The translations under genes and the position numbers were made by a program. From an uncultured bacterium (lineage in GTDB: Bacteria; Patescibacteriota; Minisyncoccia; CAIUEV01), in contig CALFZX010000016.1 of the NCBI GenBank assembly GCA_937952315.1, positions 78,969 to 142,968 on the forward strand: a stretch of DNA of 64,000 nt. Reading direction: 5' to 3'. Below are positions 34,391 through 43,943 of this stretch, piece by piece. The notes under the pieces were generated by a model that saw only the letters and a program-made list of their open reading frames with translations, made no database searches and was not told the origin of the DNA. Every line of letters starts with the position of its first letter. Within the stretch, counting starts at the first letter, position 1.

Positions 34391-35659
34391 TTAAAAATCT
34401 TTTAGTTTTTCCGCTAAGCCGTGCTTCCTTAATCTTTCCAAAGCTTTAGCCTCGATTTGTCGAATTCTTTCTCGAGTGACACCGAATTTATGCCCGACTT
34501 CTTCCAGCGTTCGAGTGACACCATCCTCCAAACCGAACCGAATACTTAAGATCTTTTTTTCGCGCAAAGTTAAATCGGAAAGAGCGTCTTTTAATTGTTC
34601 TCTCAATAAAGTATGACTGGCAATCTGGGTTGGCAAATTGACTTCTTCGTCGGGGATAAAATCACCCAAGACGGTTGTGTCCTCGTTATCGCTGTCACCG
34701 ACGCTGGTTTCCAAGGAAATCGTTTCCTGAGATATTTTTTGAATATGCAAGGCGCGTTCCGTATCGATACCCAATTCGGCGGCGATTTCCTCCGGAAAGG
34801 GTTCTCGACCTAGCTCTTGAACTAAACGACGACTGGCCTGAGTGTATTTGTTAATGGTTTCGACCATGTGGACGGGGATACGAATGGTTCTTGATTGGTC
34901 GGCTAGAGCTCTGGTTATAGCTTGACGAATCCACCAAGTAGCATAAGTAGAAAATTTATAGCCTTTTCGGTAGTCGAATTTTTCTACGGCGCGGAAAAGG
35001 CCAAGATTACCTTCCTGGATTAAGTCCAGTAAGCTCAAGCTACTTGATCGGCCGACATATTTTTTTGCGATGCTGACGACCAACCTCAAGTTAGCTTCGG
35101 TTAATCTTTGCCGAGCCAATTTATCTCCCTTTTCAATTCTTTTGGCCAGCACAACTTCCTCCTCCGATGAAAGCAACTTGACTTTTCCGATTTCCCGCAA
35201 ATACATTTGAATGGTATCTCCGCCTAGAGGTTCGTCCTGTGAAACTTTTTTGTTTTTCTTGCTTTTTTTCGGCTCCTTTTTTTCACGAGTTTCGTCGAGC
35301 AACTCCGCCTCGCCCTCGACTATTTCAACGCCGGCCAAAGAAAGATTCTTGTAAAGTTCTTCTATCATTTCTATTTGTTCTTCCGTTTCCGGCACCACCT
35401 CAAGAATTTCCGCTTCGGTGACAAAGCCCCTTTGCTTTCCCTCTTGGATCAAACTTTCAATCTTGTGTTTATGCAAATCCGCAGTTTTATTCGGCTTTTT
35501 TTCTTTTAGTTGCCGTTTGTTGTTTTTGATAACGGATTTGTTCGGTTTTTTGACATTTTTTATTTTTTCCGACGATTTTTTTAATTTAACCTCTTTTTTT
35601 TGAGGATTTTTCTTTATTACCTTGGCGGTTTTTTTTGAACCTTCTTTGGTTTTCTTCAT
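34391..35659 (-). CDS. rpoD: RNA polymerase sigma-70 factor RpoD with a Lys-rich N-terminal extension.
   Basis: Region 2 [61 protein letters not shown]. Region 4 [45 protein letters not shown]. The N-terminal ~70 aa are strongly basic. Confidence 0.9.
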   Translation of the reverse strand: MKKTKEGSKKTAKVIKKNPQKKEVKLKKSSEKIKNVKKPNKSVIKNNKRQLKEKKPNKTADLHKHKIESLIQEGKQRGFVTEAEILEVVPETEEQIEMIEELYKNLSLAGVEIVEGEAELLDETREKKEPKKSKKNKKVSQDEPLGGDTIQMYLREIGKVKLLSSEEEVVLAKRIEKGDKLARQRLTEANLRLVVSIAKKYVGRSSSLSLLDLIQEGNLGLFRAVEKFDYRKGYKFSTYATWWIRQAITRALADQSRTIRIPVHMVETINKYTQASRRLVQELGREPFPEEIAAELGIDTERALHIQKISQETISLETSVGDSDNEDTTVLGDFIPDEEVNLPTQIASHTLLREQLKDALSDLTLREKKILSIRFGLEDGVTRTLEEVGHKFGVTRERIRQIEAKALERLRKHGLAEKLKDF

Positions 35660-35689
35660 GAGAAATAGTAAAATTAAAAGAGATCGTTA

Positions 35690-36055
35690 TTATTCCTTCC
35701 GTTCCTTGCAACGGATACAAACTTGGGCTTGCGGTCGAACGGCCAATCTTTCCCAAGGAATATCTTCATTACAGTTTTCACATCGTCCGTAAGAGCCATT
35801 TTCAATTTTTGTCAAGGCTTTTTCCACTGAGGCAAGTTCTTCTTCCAGCGAGTGCTCGCGCGAAATATTTTGTTCATATTCCGTTACTTCTTCCGCGTTA
35901 TCGTCAATTTCATCACCTAAATTGGGAAAAGGTGTTTTATAATTGCCTTCGATCGCATTATCTTTTTTGGCGAATCGGGAAAGTTGTTCTTCGATATTGG
36001 ATTTTTCTGCCAGTAATTTTTCTTTGGCAATCTTGATTTGTTCCTCGGTTAGCAT
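35690..36055 (-). CDS. DksA/TraR-family C4-type zinc-finger protein.
   Basis: A coiled-coil N-terminus and a C-terminal CENC...CIRC four-Cys finger. 121 aa. Confidence 0.6.
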   Translation of the reverse strand: MLTEEQIKIAKEKLLAEKSNIEEQLSRFAKKDNAIEGNYKTPFPNLGDEIDDNAEEVTEYEQNISREHSLEEELASVEKALTKIENGSYGRCENCNEDIPWERLAVRPQAQVCIRCKERKE

Positions 36056-36073
36056 TTGTGAAAATTAAAAAAC

Positions 36074-38041
36074 TTAATTATTTTCGGTTTTTACCTTAAA
36101 AATCGCTATAGATTCACTTGAATAAATGGGATCAAAAAAATCGGATTTCCAAAAAAGAAAATCATCTCCCTTAGGTTTCAATATAACATAATTTGTTTGA
36201 GTTTGTCCATAACACGATTTTGATTGCTTGCTATCGGGGACAATTATCATTTCACGAGGACAAGTATCAATTTCGTTATAGGGGTCCACCGTTTCATACT
36301 TGTAGTCATAAGTTCGAGAGATAAAATAATCATAGCCTCGTTGCAGAAAAAATTTGATCCAACTGTCACCGGAAAGAGTGCTGTGATCTTTCAGCATGAC
36401 CGAGTTAGTTTCGGTTTTTTCGGCTAAATATTTAGAGGCTTCATACAATTCTACCGTTTCTTGAAACTTATTTAAACTGCTGTAAGTGGAGCGAAAATCT
36501 TTTGTCCCGTCAAACAGAAAAATGGCGATTAGGATAAATAAGACAAGAATAAAACGGCGATTGTCTAAACGAGTTTTCATTGCGGATAGAAAAAACGCTA
36601 ATCCGTAAGCGGAAAGTACGGTTAAAGGAAATATGAGATAAGTGGCGACTCGGCGACTGGGAATGGAAATATTAAAAATTTGGGGGAAAAAGGATAACAA
36701 AAAAAGAGGCAAGAACCAGCTAAAAACAAAAGCAAATTTGAGCCAAGAAAAATTTTTAAAAATCAACGCCAGACCGAAAACGGAAAAAATAATTTTCAGC
36801 CAACCGAATTTACCCGGCAGAGATGCCCACTCAATGCCGGTGTGGCTTGCTTTTAGAGGCTCTCTGGCCACGGTTTCAACCGCATTATTCTCCAAATAGA
36901 AAGGCAAATAAACAAAAGCGGTTAAAATAAAAATAAAAATTAAAACAAAAATCAATTGGGGAGAAAAGAAGAGGTTTTTGACGAATAAAAAAATATGCTG
37001 ACTGATTTTTCGCGATTCTTTCTTGAGGATAAAAAAAGTGGCAAAAAGCCAAAACAAAAAGAAGAAAAATAAATTGAAAAGCAGAAGAAAAGAGCTGAGG
37101 TGATGAGTGTAGAGAATGCCGACGAGAAGAATCAAAATCAAAGCTAAAATCGAGGATAAGGCTGAATATTTTATTTTTTTACAATCTTGTTTCAGGCTCT
37201 TAAACCAAGAAAATCCGAATAGAAAAACTAAAATTAAAATAGAGCAAATCAAATAATTGCCGAAAGTGTTGCCGACCACTCCTCCGTTAACATAACGACC
37301 TTGAGGCGGATCAATGGTGTAGTAAGCACCAAAAAAGGCTAACGCCAACAATGCGGTTCGACTTTTACCGGTAAGAACAAAAGTGAAAAAAGCAATGCTT
37401 AACGCTGTCAGCAAATTAAAAAAAGCCAGCAAAATCAAAGGCAAGGCGGAAAGCAGGCTTATATTTGTTGTTATTGAAAGAAAGGCAAAAATCAAATGCT
37501 CCCCGATGATAACTTCAGCGGTGTCGTAAGCGGGAACCTTCCCTTGGCTGACAATATTTTGAGAAAAATACATATGGTGACCGAGATCGGTGTCCTGAGG
37601 CAAAACATCGGGTAAATAAAATAAAACGCGAATAGTAACGGTAAAAATCCAGATCAAGGCCAGAAGAAGAAACAGACTTTTTTTGGTCGAAATAGACTTT
37701 TTCAAGCCATTCGATTTTTGCTTTTTAACAAAGAAGAATCCGGCTATCAGGCAAAATAGAGAAAAAAAAGTCAAAGACCAGAAAGAAAATTTTATTTGCC
37801 AATAATCAAGGAAAATCATTAAAAAATTGACAAAAACGAGTCCCGTCGCCGGAGCAAACAAAAAATAAAAATAGCGATTCAAATAGGGGCGAAAATTTTT
37901 CGATAGAGCTTTTCCGAACCAAGCAAGATTTTTTTCAGTAATCAAAAGGCGAGCTAAAAGATAGCCCGGCAATAAGACCAGAGAAAAAAAAGTCAATACA
38001 AAAACAAGATAATCAAACAGGGCGAAAGCAAAAATTGGCAT
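36074..38041 (-). CDS. Large polytopic membrane protein, putative envelope glycan polymerase/transferase.
   Basis: About 655 aa with 14 or more TM helices in the N-terminal 500 aa and a soluble C-terminal domain. The start is taken at the internal Met (MPIFAFAL) at 38041 to avoid a 46-nt overlap with the upstream GT4 gene. No catalytic motif confirmed. Confidence 0.45.
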   Translation of the reverse strand: MPIFAFALFDYLVFVLTFFSLVLLPGYLLARLLITEKNLAWFGKALSKNFRPYLNRYFYFLFAPATGLVFVNFLMIFLDYWQIKFSFWSLTFFSLFCLIAGFFFVKKQKSNGLKKSISTKKSLFLLLALIWIFTVTIRVLFYLPDVLPQDTDLGHHMYFSQNIVSQGKVPAYDTAEVIIGEHLIFAFLSITTNISLLSALPLILLAFFNLLTALSIAFFTFVLTGKSRTALLALAFFGAYYTIDPPQGRYVNGGVVGNTFGNYLICSILILVFLFGFSWFKSLKQDCKKIKYSALSSILALILILLVGILYTHHLSSFLLLFNLFFFFLFWLFATFFILKKESRKISQHIFLFVKNLFFSPQLIFVLIFIFILTAFVYLPFYLENNAVETVAREPLKASHTGIEWASLPGKFGWLKIIFSVFGLALIFKNFSWLKFAFVFSWFLPLFLLSFFPQIFNISIPSRRVATYLIFPLTVLSAYGLAFFLSAMKTRLDNRRFILVLFILIAIFLFDGTKDFRSTYSSLNKFQETVELYEASKYLAEKTETNSVMLKDHSTLSGDSWIKFFLQRGYDYFISRTYDYKYETVDPYNEIDTCPREMIIVPDSKQSKSCYGQTQTNYVILKPKGDDFLFWKSDFFDPIYSSESIAIFKVKTENN

Positions 38042-38052
38042 AAAAAAATTAT

Positions 38053-39177
38053 TTATTTTTGAAATTCCTTTAAATAAATTTTGCCTATAACAGACCAATC
38101 GAAATGATCTTTGACAAATTGACGAGCTTTTTTGGCTAAGCTGATTCTAAAATTCGGATTTTCGATTAAAAAATTGATGGTGTCAATCCATTTTTTGTTG
38201 TCCTTCTGGGGCAGAATCAGACCGTTCCTCTTTTGAACGACAGCGTCCTTCAGGCCCTCAATGCCGGTCACTAACGGTAATAACTCAGTTGCGCCGGCCT
38301 CGATCGCCGTTATACCGAAGCCTTCCTTGTCTCCCGGTACTTCAATATTGGGCATAACCAAAAGATCGGAGGCGTTCAGCAGAAACTTTTTTAATTTGTT
38401 AGAGACGAAGCCCAGTCGAAGCACTCTTTCAGTTAAATGATTATTTTCGATTATTGTTTTGACTCGGGCTTCAAACGGGCCGGACCCGGCCACTATCAAT
38501 TTTACATTGGTTGGCAGTTCGGTGAGAACATTTTCGATGAACCAATGCAACCCCTTTCTTTCCACGATTCGACCTAAAAAAAGAATAATGAAATTTTTTT
38601 CATCTTCGAAAAAATTGTTTTTAACGAGCATTTTAGCTTCCATCGCTTTTTTTCGGGCGAAATTTTCTTTCAGGGGCGATCGGTAGTTTTCCTCCGTTGC
38701 CGTTCCGTTGGGGATGACTAAAATTTTTGCGCGATCCAGACCGAATTTAATTCCCGTATTTTTCGTATCGTGGCTGACGGCGATCAATCGGTCCAGTCGG
38801 TTGATGGCCGGCAAATTAATCTTTCGATAGATTGAGGATTTATCCGCGTAAGTGATGTCCAAACCGTGAAGATTGCAAAAAACTTTAGTTTTTCTGAAAA
38901 AAAGCTTTAAGATTACTCCCAGAGGCGCCATTACGCCGTCCGAAAGATGAACTACCCGAATATCGTGCATTAAAATGAGAAAAAAAGCTTTAATTAAGGC
39001 CCACGGGAGAAAAAGAGGAAGCAATTTTTTACCGTAACGATTAACAATGGCCTTCGTTGGCACTAATTGGCCGACGGTCTTTATCAGGTTGAAGCTCAAG
39101 GTTTCCATGCCCCCCAAAACGGGAGGATAGGTTCTGCTGATAAACAGGATCGGTCGAGAAGGGCTTTGTTCTTCCAT
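38053..39177 (-). CDS. Glycosyltransferase family 4 (GT-B, group 1).
   Basis: A C-terminal nucleotide-sugar-binding region, PNIEVPGDKEGFGITAIEAGATELLPLVTGIEGLKDAV, which is the GT4 E-x7-E motif. Confidence 0.7.
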   Translation of the reverse strand: MEEQSPSRPILFISRTYPPVLGGMETLSFNLIKTVGQLVPTKAIVNRYGKKLLPLFLPWALIKAFFLILMHDIRVVHLSDGVMAPLGVILKLFFRKTKVFCNLHGLDITYADKSSIYRKINLPAINRLDRLIAVSHDTKNTGIKFGLDRAKILVIPNGTATEENYRSPLKENFARKKAMEAKMLVKNNFFEDEKNFIILFLGRIVERKGLHWFIENVLTELPTNVKLIVAGSGPFEARVKTIIENNHLTERVLRLGFVSNKLKKFLLNASDLLVMPNIEVPGDKEGFGITAIEAGATELLPLVTGIEGLKDAVVQKRNGLILPQKDNKKWIDTINFLIENPNFRISLAKKARQFVKDHFDWSVIGKIYLKEFQK

Positions 39178-39204
39178 CGGTGATTTTAAAATTATTTTAT
39201 TCTA

Positions 39205-40521
39205 ATGCTAACGAAAAAGATTTTTCCGAAAATTTTTACTTTATTAATTCTAACGGCTGTTTTCTCTCCCACCTACTCTTTTGAGTTAATAAATAAATCT
39301 TTCGGTTCAACTGTCTTTCCGAAAATTTTGGTCTATCTTTTTGATTTTGTCACTCTTCTTTTTATTTTAAGCTCAACGGCTTTTTTTTGTGTGAATCGAA
39401 AAGCCTTGCAACTATTAAAAAATTTTTTAAATCGCAATCGTTTTTTTATTTTTTGCGCTTCTATTTTTGCTCTTTTGCCAAGTTTATCCGCCGGCTGGAG
39501 CGGCGACCCGGAAATTTCTTTCATAACGGGTGCCCGGTTTTTTCTGATTAGTGTAGCGATTCTTACGGTAATTTTTCTAACTTCCCACTCCTTCTTTTTT
39601 TACCGTATTTTTTTTCTTACCATTGTTTTCTCAGCGATTACACAATCATTTTTCGCCATAGGCCAATTCTGGTCGGGAGGTTCTTTGGGCTTCAATCTGC
39701 TGGGTGAAAGTTATTTGGGAGGAGAAGTGCTCGGGTTGGCGCGAATCTATTTGGGAGAAAATTTATTTTTAAGAGCTTACGGTACTTTGCCCCATCCCAA
39801 TGTTCTTGGCGGTTTTCAGCTTTTTGCTTTTTCGGTGGTGCTATATGATTTTTTAAAAAACAAAAAGATTTTTTCCTCGAAAACTTATCCGTTAATTTTT
39901 TTCAGTTTTTTACCGGGTTTAATTCTTTCTTTTTCTCGTTCGGCTACGGTGGGACTGCTTTTAATGTTGGCGGGGACAATCTTATTTGTTAAAAAGAAAA
40001 ATTTTTGGATCAAATCCGGCTTTGGAATTATGGTTTCGATTCTCTTGATCCCGTTGCTATTTGTTATTTTTGCTTTCAGTTCACGAGGATTAGTTGACGG
40101 TTCAATTTGGAAAAGCGAATCGGTCGTTTTAAGAGCGGAGCTGATAAAAGCTAACTGGGAACGACTTGTTTCTCAGCCAATTTTCGGAAGAGGCTGGGGA
40201 GCCGGACCGGGGGAACTGTCGGCTTTTTCCGATTTTCCCTTTTATTTTTTTGAAAAACAGCCAGTACACAATATTTTTGTTCTTGTCTTGGCCGATTTGG
40301 GAGCAATCGGAGGAATTTTATTCTTTTTAATCTTATTCTGGTCGCTTGTCCATTCTTTTCGATCGAATCGGTTAATCGCGTTAACGACGGTCATTTTTTT
40401 GAGCATCGGTCTCTTGGATCATTATTTATTAACTCTACCGATTGGTAATTTTATCTTTTTTTGGTTGGTTTTTGGGTTCTTAAGAGAAGAAGAGCCAAGG
40501 CGAAGAAAAGCAATGCGATAG
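39205..40521 (+). CDS. O-antigen ligase / Wzy_C-domain membrane protein.
   Basis: 438 aa with about 12 TM helices. A periplasmic loop with SRSATVGLL (the SRSAxxG ligase-family motif) and RGWGAG. Confidence 0.55.
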   Translation: MLTKKIFPKIFTLLILTAVFSPTYSFELINKSFGSTVFPKILVYLFDFVTLLFILSSTAFFCVNRKALQLLKNFLNRNRFFIFCASIFALLPSLSAGWSGDPEISFITGARFFLISVAILTVIFLTSHSFFFYRIFFLTIVFSAITQSFFAIGQFWSGGSLGFNLLGESYLGGEVLGLARIYLGENLFLRAYGTLPHPNVLGGFQLFAFSVVLYDFLKNKKIFSSKTYPLIFFSFLPGLILSFSRSATVGLLLMLAGTILFVKKKNFWIKSGFGIMVSILLIPLLFVIFAFSSRGLVDGSIWKSESVVLRAELIKANWERLVSQPIFGRGWGAGPGELSAFSDFPFYFFEKQPVHNIFVLVLADLGAIGGILFFLILFWSLVHSFRSNRLIALTTVIFLSIGLLDHYLLTLPIGNFIFFWLVFGFLREEEPRRRKAMR

Positions 40522-41461
40522 GTAGAAACAAAAATATTTTGTTCGCCGTTTGAAAAATTAAAGCGCCGATTCCCAGCGCCGCAGTGACCGCGCCAAGAAA
40601 AAGAGTCACTTTCCAGGCAGGCCAACCGCAAGCAATTAACCTTTGATGCAAATGTAGCCGGTCTCCACCGAAAACCGGCGCTCGTCCCTTTAAAATTCTT
40701 TCAAGCGAGACCAACACAAAATCAAAAATCGGGATGCTCAGGACTAGGGCGGTGGTTGCCACTTTACCGCCGGAATAAAGCGAAACGGTCGTTATTAAAA
40801 AACCTAAAGTCCAGATTCCAACCGTGCCGAGATAAAAACGAGCGGGTGGAAGATTAAAGGCCAAAAATAAGATCAATAAAAAAAACATAGCGAAACAGAG
40901 GTGAGCGGTGCTGGGTTGGTTGACTTTTTCCGTCAGGCTAAGAAAACCGAGAGTGCCAAAAGTTATAAGGCTGACAGTGCCGGCCAGACCGTCAATGCCG
41001 TCAATCCAGTTGAGAGAGTTGATTATAATAATCAGCCAAAAATAAGTAAGAACGATTCCGATCAAGATTCCCGGGAAAATAACCTCTCCCTGCGGTAGGC
41101 GAATGTGTTGGATTGAATCGCCGGCCAAAATTAGAATCAACGCCAAAAGACTTTGAATTGAGATTTGGTATTTCCACGACATTTTTTTTAGATCGTCCAG
41201 CGTTCCGAAAAGCAAAATCAAAATAAGTCCGATCGTCAAACTGATGAAATCTTTATTGAGTAGGAAGCCGCTATGGCGAAGTTGAGTCAAACAAATAAAG
41301 CAGAGAATGACTAGCAAAATAAACAGACCGCCCATTCGTTTATTCTTCAGAGCTTGAAAGAGCCAACCAGATAGGAGCTGATTTAAGAAATTGGCCAACG
41401 CCAAGACAATTAAAATCGAGGAAAAAAGGGTAATAAATATTTCAAAAACCGAAAATTGCAT
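40451..41461 (-). CDS. Polyprenyl-phosphate sugar-1-phosphate transferase (MraY/WecA/TagO family).
   Basis: NSLNWIDGIDGLAGTVSLI matches the conserved N-x-x-D-G-I-D-G-L motif of the MraY/WecA superfamily. 336 aa with about 10 TM helices. Confidence 0.7.
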   Translation of the reverse strand: MQFSVFEIFITLFSSILIVLALANFLNQLLSGWLFQALKNKRMGGLFILLVILCFICLTQLRHSGFLLNKDFISLTIGLILILLFGTLDDLKKMSWKYQISIQSLLALILILAGDSIQHIRLPQGEVIFPGILIGIVLTYFWLIIIINSLNWIDGIDGLAGTVSLITFGTLGFLSLTEKVNQPSTAHLCFAMFFLLILFLAFNLPPARFYLGTVGIWTLGFLITTVSLYSGGKVATTALVLSIPIFDFVLVSLERILKGRAPVFGGDRLHLHQRLIACGWPAWKVTLFLGAVTAALGIGALIFQTANKIFLFLPIALLFFALALLLLRTQKPTKKR

Positions 41462-41479
41462 ATCGAAGCAGATTAAACT

Positions 41480-41953
41480 TTATTCATATCGCAGAATTAT
41501 TTTTCTATCTTTTAAGTTTTTAGCAAAGGAAATTTCCATTTGATAGATTTTTCGTTGAGGTGCGATAGCTTTAATTTTTTTAGCTAAATCTAAATCGGCA
41601 ATGCATTCCGGCCACTCAATCAAAACCAGATTGTCCCGATTGCTGATAATATTTTCAAAAGCTAGATCTTGAATTTGAGAATAGCTGTTGAGACGATAAA
41701 AATCGAAATGAAGAATTTTTTTAGGAACATTTTTCAAATTAAAGGAATACTCACGACAAAGAGCAAAAGTGGGGCTGACCACCGTCTCTTTGACTCCTAA
41801 GCTTTTTGCTATCAGACTCGAAAAAAAAGTTTTGCCCGCTCCTAAAACACCGGATAGCAAAACTGCTTCATTCGCGGAAAAGTGCGAAGCGATTCTTTCG
41901 GCCAACAATTCCATTTCTTGTTTTGAAGCGATTTGGAAAACTTCTCTTTTCAT
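41480..41953 (-). CDS. tsaE: tRNA t6A37 threonylcarbamoyl-adenosine biosynthesis protein TsaE.
   Basis: P-loop LLSGVLGAGKTFFSSLIAKSLG and the VVSPTFAL motif. 157 aa. Confidence 0.75.
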   Translation of the reverse strand: MKREVFQIASKQEMELLAERIASHFSANEAVLLSGVLGAGKTFFSSLIAKSLGVKETVVSPTFALCREYSFNLKNVPKKILHFDFYRLNSYSQIQDLAFENIISNRDNLVLIEWPECIADLDLAKKIKAIAPQRKIYQMEISFAKNLKDRKIILRYE

Positions 41954-41955
41954 TT

Positions 41956-43020
41956 CTAAAAACTTAAACCTAAAGAATTGGATATTCGGGCATTCGTAAC
42001 CCCGATTAAGATTTGTTTGGGGTCGTCAATTTTGGTTAGAATTTTATTCAGGCGACGAGAAACTTCAAATTGAATCGGTTTCCATCGCCTACCTTCGTCA
42101 AAACTCAAGTACATGGCCATTCCGGCCAAGGCAATCCAGCCGTTATTTTGACCACTTTCGATCAAAGCTAAATCAAGGACGGGATTATTTTTGGGATCAC
42201 TCAAAACGGAAATTTTTTGCCAAGTTTCGCCTTCGTCTTGACTGCGAAATAAACCTTTTTCCGTCGAAACGAAAAGACCGGTTCGATTCTTCTTGAGAAA
42301 ATAAAAATTATTACCCAAAGAGCCATATTCGCCCAATTGAATCTTAACAAAATTTAATCCGTTTTCTGAAGATTTCCAAAGATTTTGATCGGTTAAAACC
42401 CAAATTTGACCATTTTTTTCTTCATCGACAACTAAATTTTTAACTTTTTCCGGAAAAGAAAAAAGCGCTTGCCAGGTCAGTCCGCCGTCGTTACTGCCCG
42501 TTAATAAATTCAAAGAATTAACGGCAAAGACCGTGTTAGGGGTAAAGGAGTGGCTTGCAACTCGTTCCACCACGCTTTCCTCTCCGCTTTCAGTGTAGAC
42601 TTCTCGCCAATCCAAACCGCCGTTTTCCGTTTTTAGGATTTTACCGCGATTATTCAATTTGGCTGATAAATAAAAAACTCCCTTCTCTTTTCTCTCCGGA
42701 GCCAGTGAGTACACTGTGTCGGTTTCGGGTATGATTCTTTTCCAACTGTCACCAAAATTATTGCTAACGAAAAGCCCCATTCCCTCAATCAACCAAAAAA
42801 CAACAGCTGGATTGTTCGGATCGGCAACCAAATCCAAGGTGTTGGTCGAGCTTAAATTATTTTTTTCGTCCTCCTCGATTTTAGTGTTTTGAGACCAATT
42901 TCCGCCCATGTCTGTTGTTTTATAAATACCACCGTCATCCTGTTGAAAAGAGCAGCTGGGCAGAGAAGTAGGCAAAAAGGCTAGCGGAGCAAGAACGAAA
43001 AGACGCCAAAATTTTGACAT
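41956..43020 (-). CDS. Secreted lipoprotein with BNR/Asp-box repeats (Ycf48/sialidase-like beta-propeller).
   Basis: A lipobox-like N-terminus (LAFLPTSLPSCSF). Repeated S/T-x-D-x-G-x-T/S-W motifs: TDMGGNWSQ, ENGGLDWRE, SNDGGLTWQA, SQDEGETWQK, FDEGRRWKP. Confidence 0.55.
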   Translation of the reverse strand: MSKFWRLFVLAPLAFLPTSLPSCSFQQDDGGIYKTTDMGGNWSQNTKIEEDEKNNLSSTNTLDLVADPNNPAVVFWLIEGMGLFVSNNFGDSWKRIIPETDTVYSLAPERKEKGVFYLSAKLNNRGKILKTENGGLDWREVYTESGEESVVERVASHSFTPNTVFAVNSLNLLTGSNDGGLTWQALFSFPEKVKNLVVDEEKNGQIWVLTDQNLWKSSENGLNFVKIQLGEYGSLGNNFYFLKKNRTGLFVSTEKGLFRSQDEGETWQKISVLSDPKNNPVLDLALIESGQNNGWIALAGMAMYLSFDEGRRWKPIQFEVSRRLNKILTKIDDPKQILIGVTNARISNSLGLSF

Positions 43021-43220
43021 TTTTTGCTTTTTTTAAATTAAAAAATTAGACTGAAAAAAGTTTTTTGCGAAATATGACTTTGGTCAGCCCGAAAGGACAA
43101 AATAATTTTAATCTTTATTTATCGAAAAATCCAAATTTTTCGATAAGGGATGAAATTATTGCAAATCTCATATAATTATTTTAGAAAGAATATATCTAAT
43201 TTAAAATTAAGAATTGTAAA

Positions 43221-43667
43221 ATGCAGAAGATCCATAGCGAAATTAAAGGTCAGCTTAGATCCATAAAATTTCCCGAATTCAAGATCGGTGATTTGGTGAG
43301 AGTACATCGTCGGGTTAAAGAGGGGAATAAGGAGCGTGTTCAGATTATCGAAGGGGAAATTATTGCTCATAAACATGGTTTTGAACCGGGAGGGGCTATT
43401 ACTTTGAGAAGGGTGACGATGGGGGTGGCGGTTGAACTGGTGATTCCGGTTTTTTCTCCCTTGACGGAAAAAATGGAGATAGTAAAAAGACAGAAGGTGA
43501 GAAGAGCTAAATTATATTTTCTTAGACGAAGCAAGGATAGGAGAATAAAATTGAAGGAAGACATGAATGCCACGGCACTTATCAGGGAGGAAAATGCTCG
43601 TTTGAAGATAGAGGAGAAAAAAGAGAAAGAGGCGGCTAAGGCGAAGGAGGCGGAAGAGAAAAAATAG
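43221..43667 (+). CDS. rplS: 50S ribosomal protein L19.
   Basis: KFPEFKIGDLVRVHRRVKEGNKERVQIIEGEIIAHKHGF...ITLRRV. A Lys/Glu-rich C-terminal extension. Confidence 0.9.
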   Translation: MQKIHSEIKGQLRSIKFPEFKIGDLVRVHRRVKEGNKERVQIIEGEIIAHKHGFEPGGAITLRRVTMGVAVELVIPVFSPLTEKMEIVKRQKVRRAKLYFLRRSKDRRIKLKEDMNATALIREENARLKIEEKKEKEAAKAKEAEEKK

Positions 43668-43696
43668 TCGGATTGAGGCTTAAAGGCTTCGATTTC

Positions 43697-43770
43697 GGGC
43701 ATATAGCTCAGTTGGTTAGAGCGCGTCACTGATAATGACGAGGTCCTAGGTTCAAATCCTAGTATGCCCA
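43697..43770 (+). tRNA. tRNA-Ile (anticodon GAU).
   Basis: Acceptor GGGCATA/TATGCCC, D-arm GCTC-AGTTGGTTA-GAGC, anticodon stem CGTCA/TGACG with loop CTGATAA, T-arm CTAGG-TTCAAAT-CCTAG. Confidence 0.85.
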
Positions 43771-43847
43771 CCGGAAAAAATAATTATCGAAAAGGAATTG
43801 GCGCGTTGATAAATTTTTTCGATCGATAATTTTTTATATCTAAGAAT

Positions 43848-43921
43848 GCGTTCGTAGCTCAACTGGATAGAGCGCTTGGCTTCGGACCAAGAGGTTGAGG
43901 GTTCGAGTCCTTCCGGACGCA
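43848..43921 (+). tRNA. tRNA-Arg (anticodon UCG).
   Basis: Acceptor GCGTTCG/CGGACGC with one G-U pair, D-arm GCTC-AACTGGATA-GAGC, anticodon stem CTTGG/CCAAG with loop CTTCGGA, T-arm GAGGG-TTCGAGT-CCTTC. Confidence 0.75.
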
Positions 43922-43943
43922 CTATTTAAGAAGCAAAAAGCCT

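Noticed and set aside
43367-43771. 134-aa minus-strand ORF overlapping rplS and tRNA-Ile.
   Set aside because: It runs antisense to a well-supported L19 gene and through a tRNA. It is spurious.
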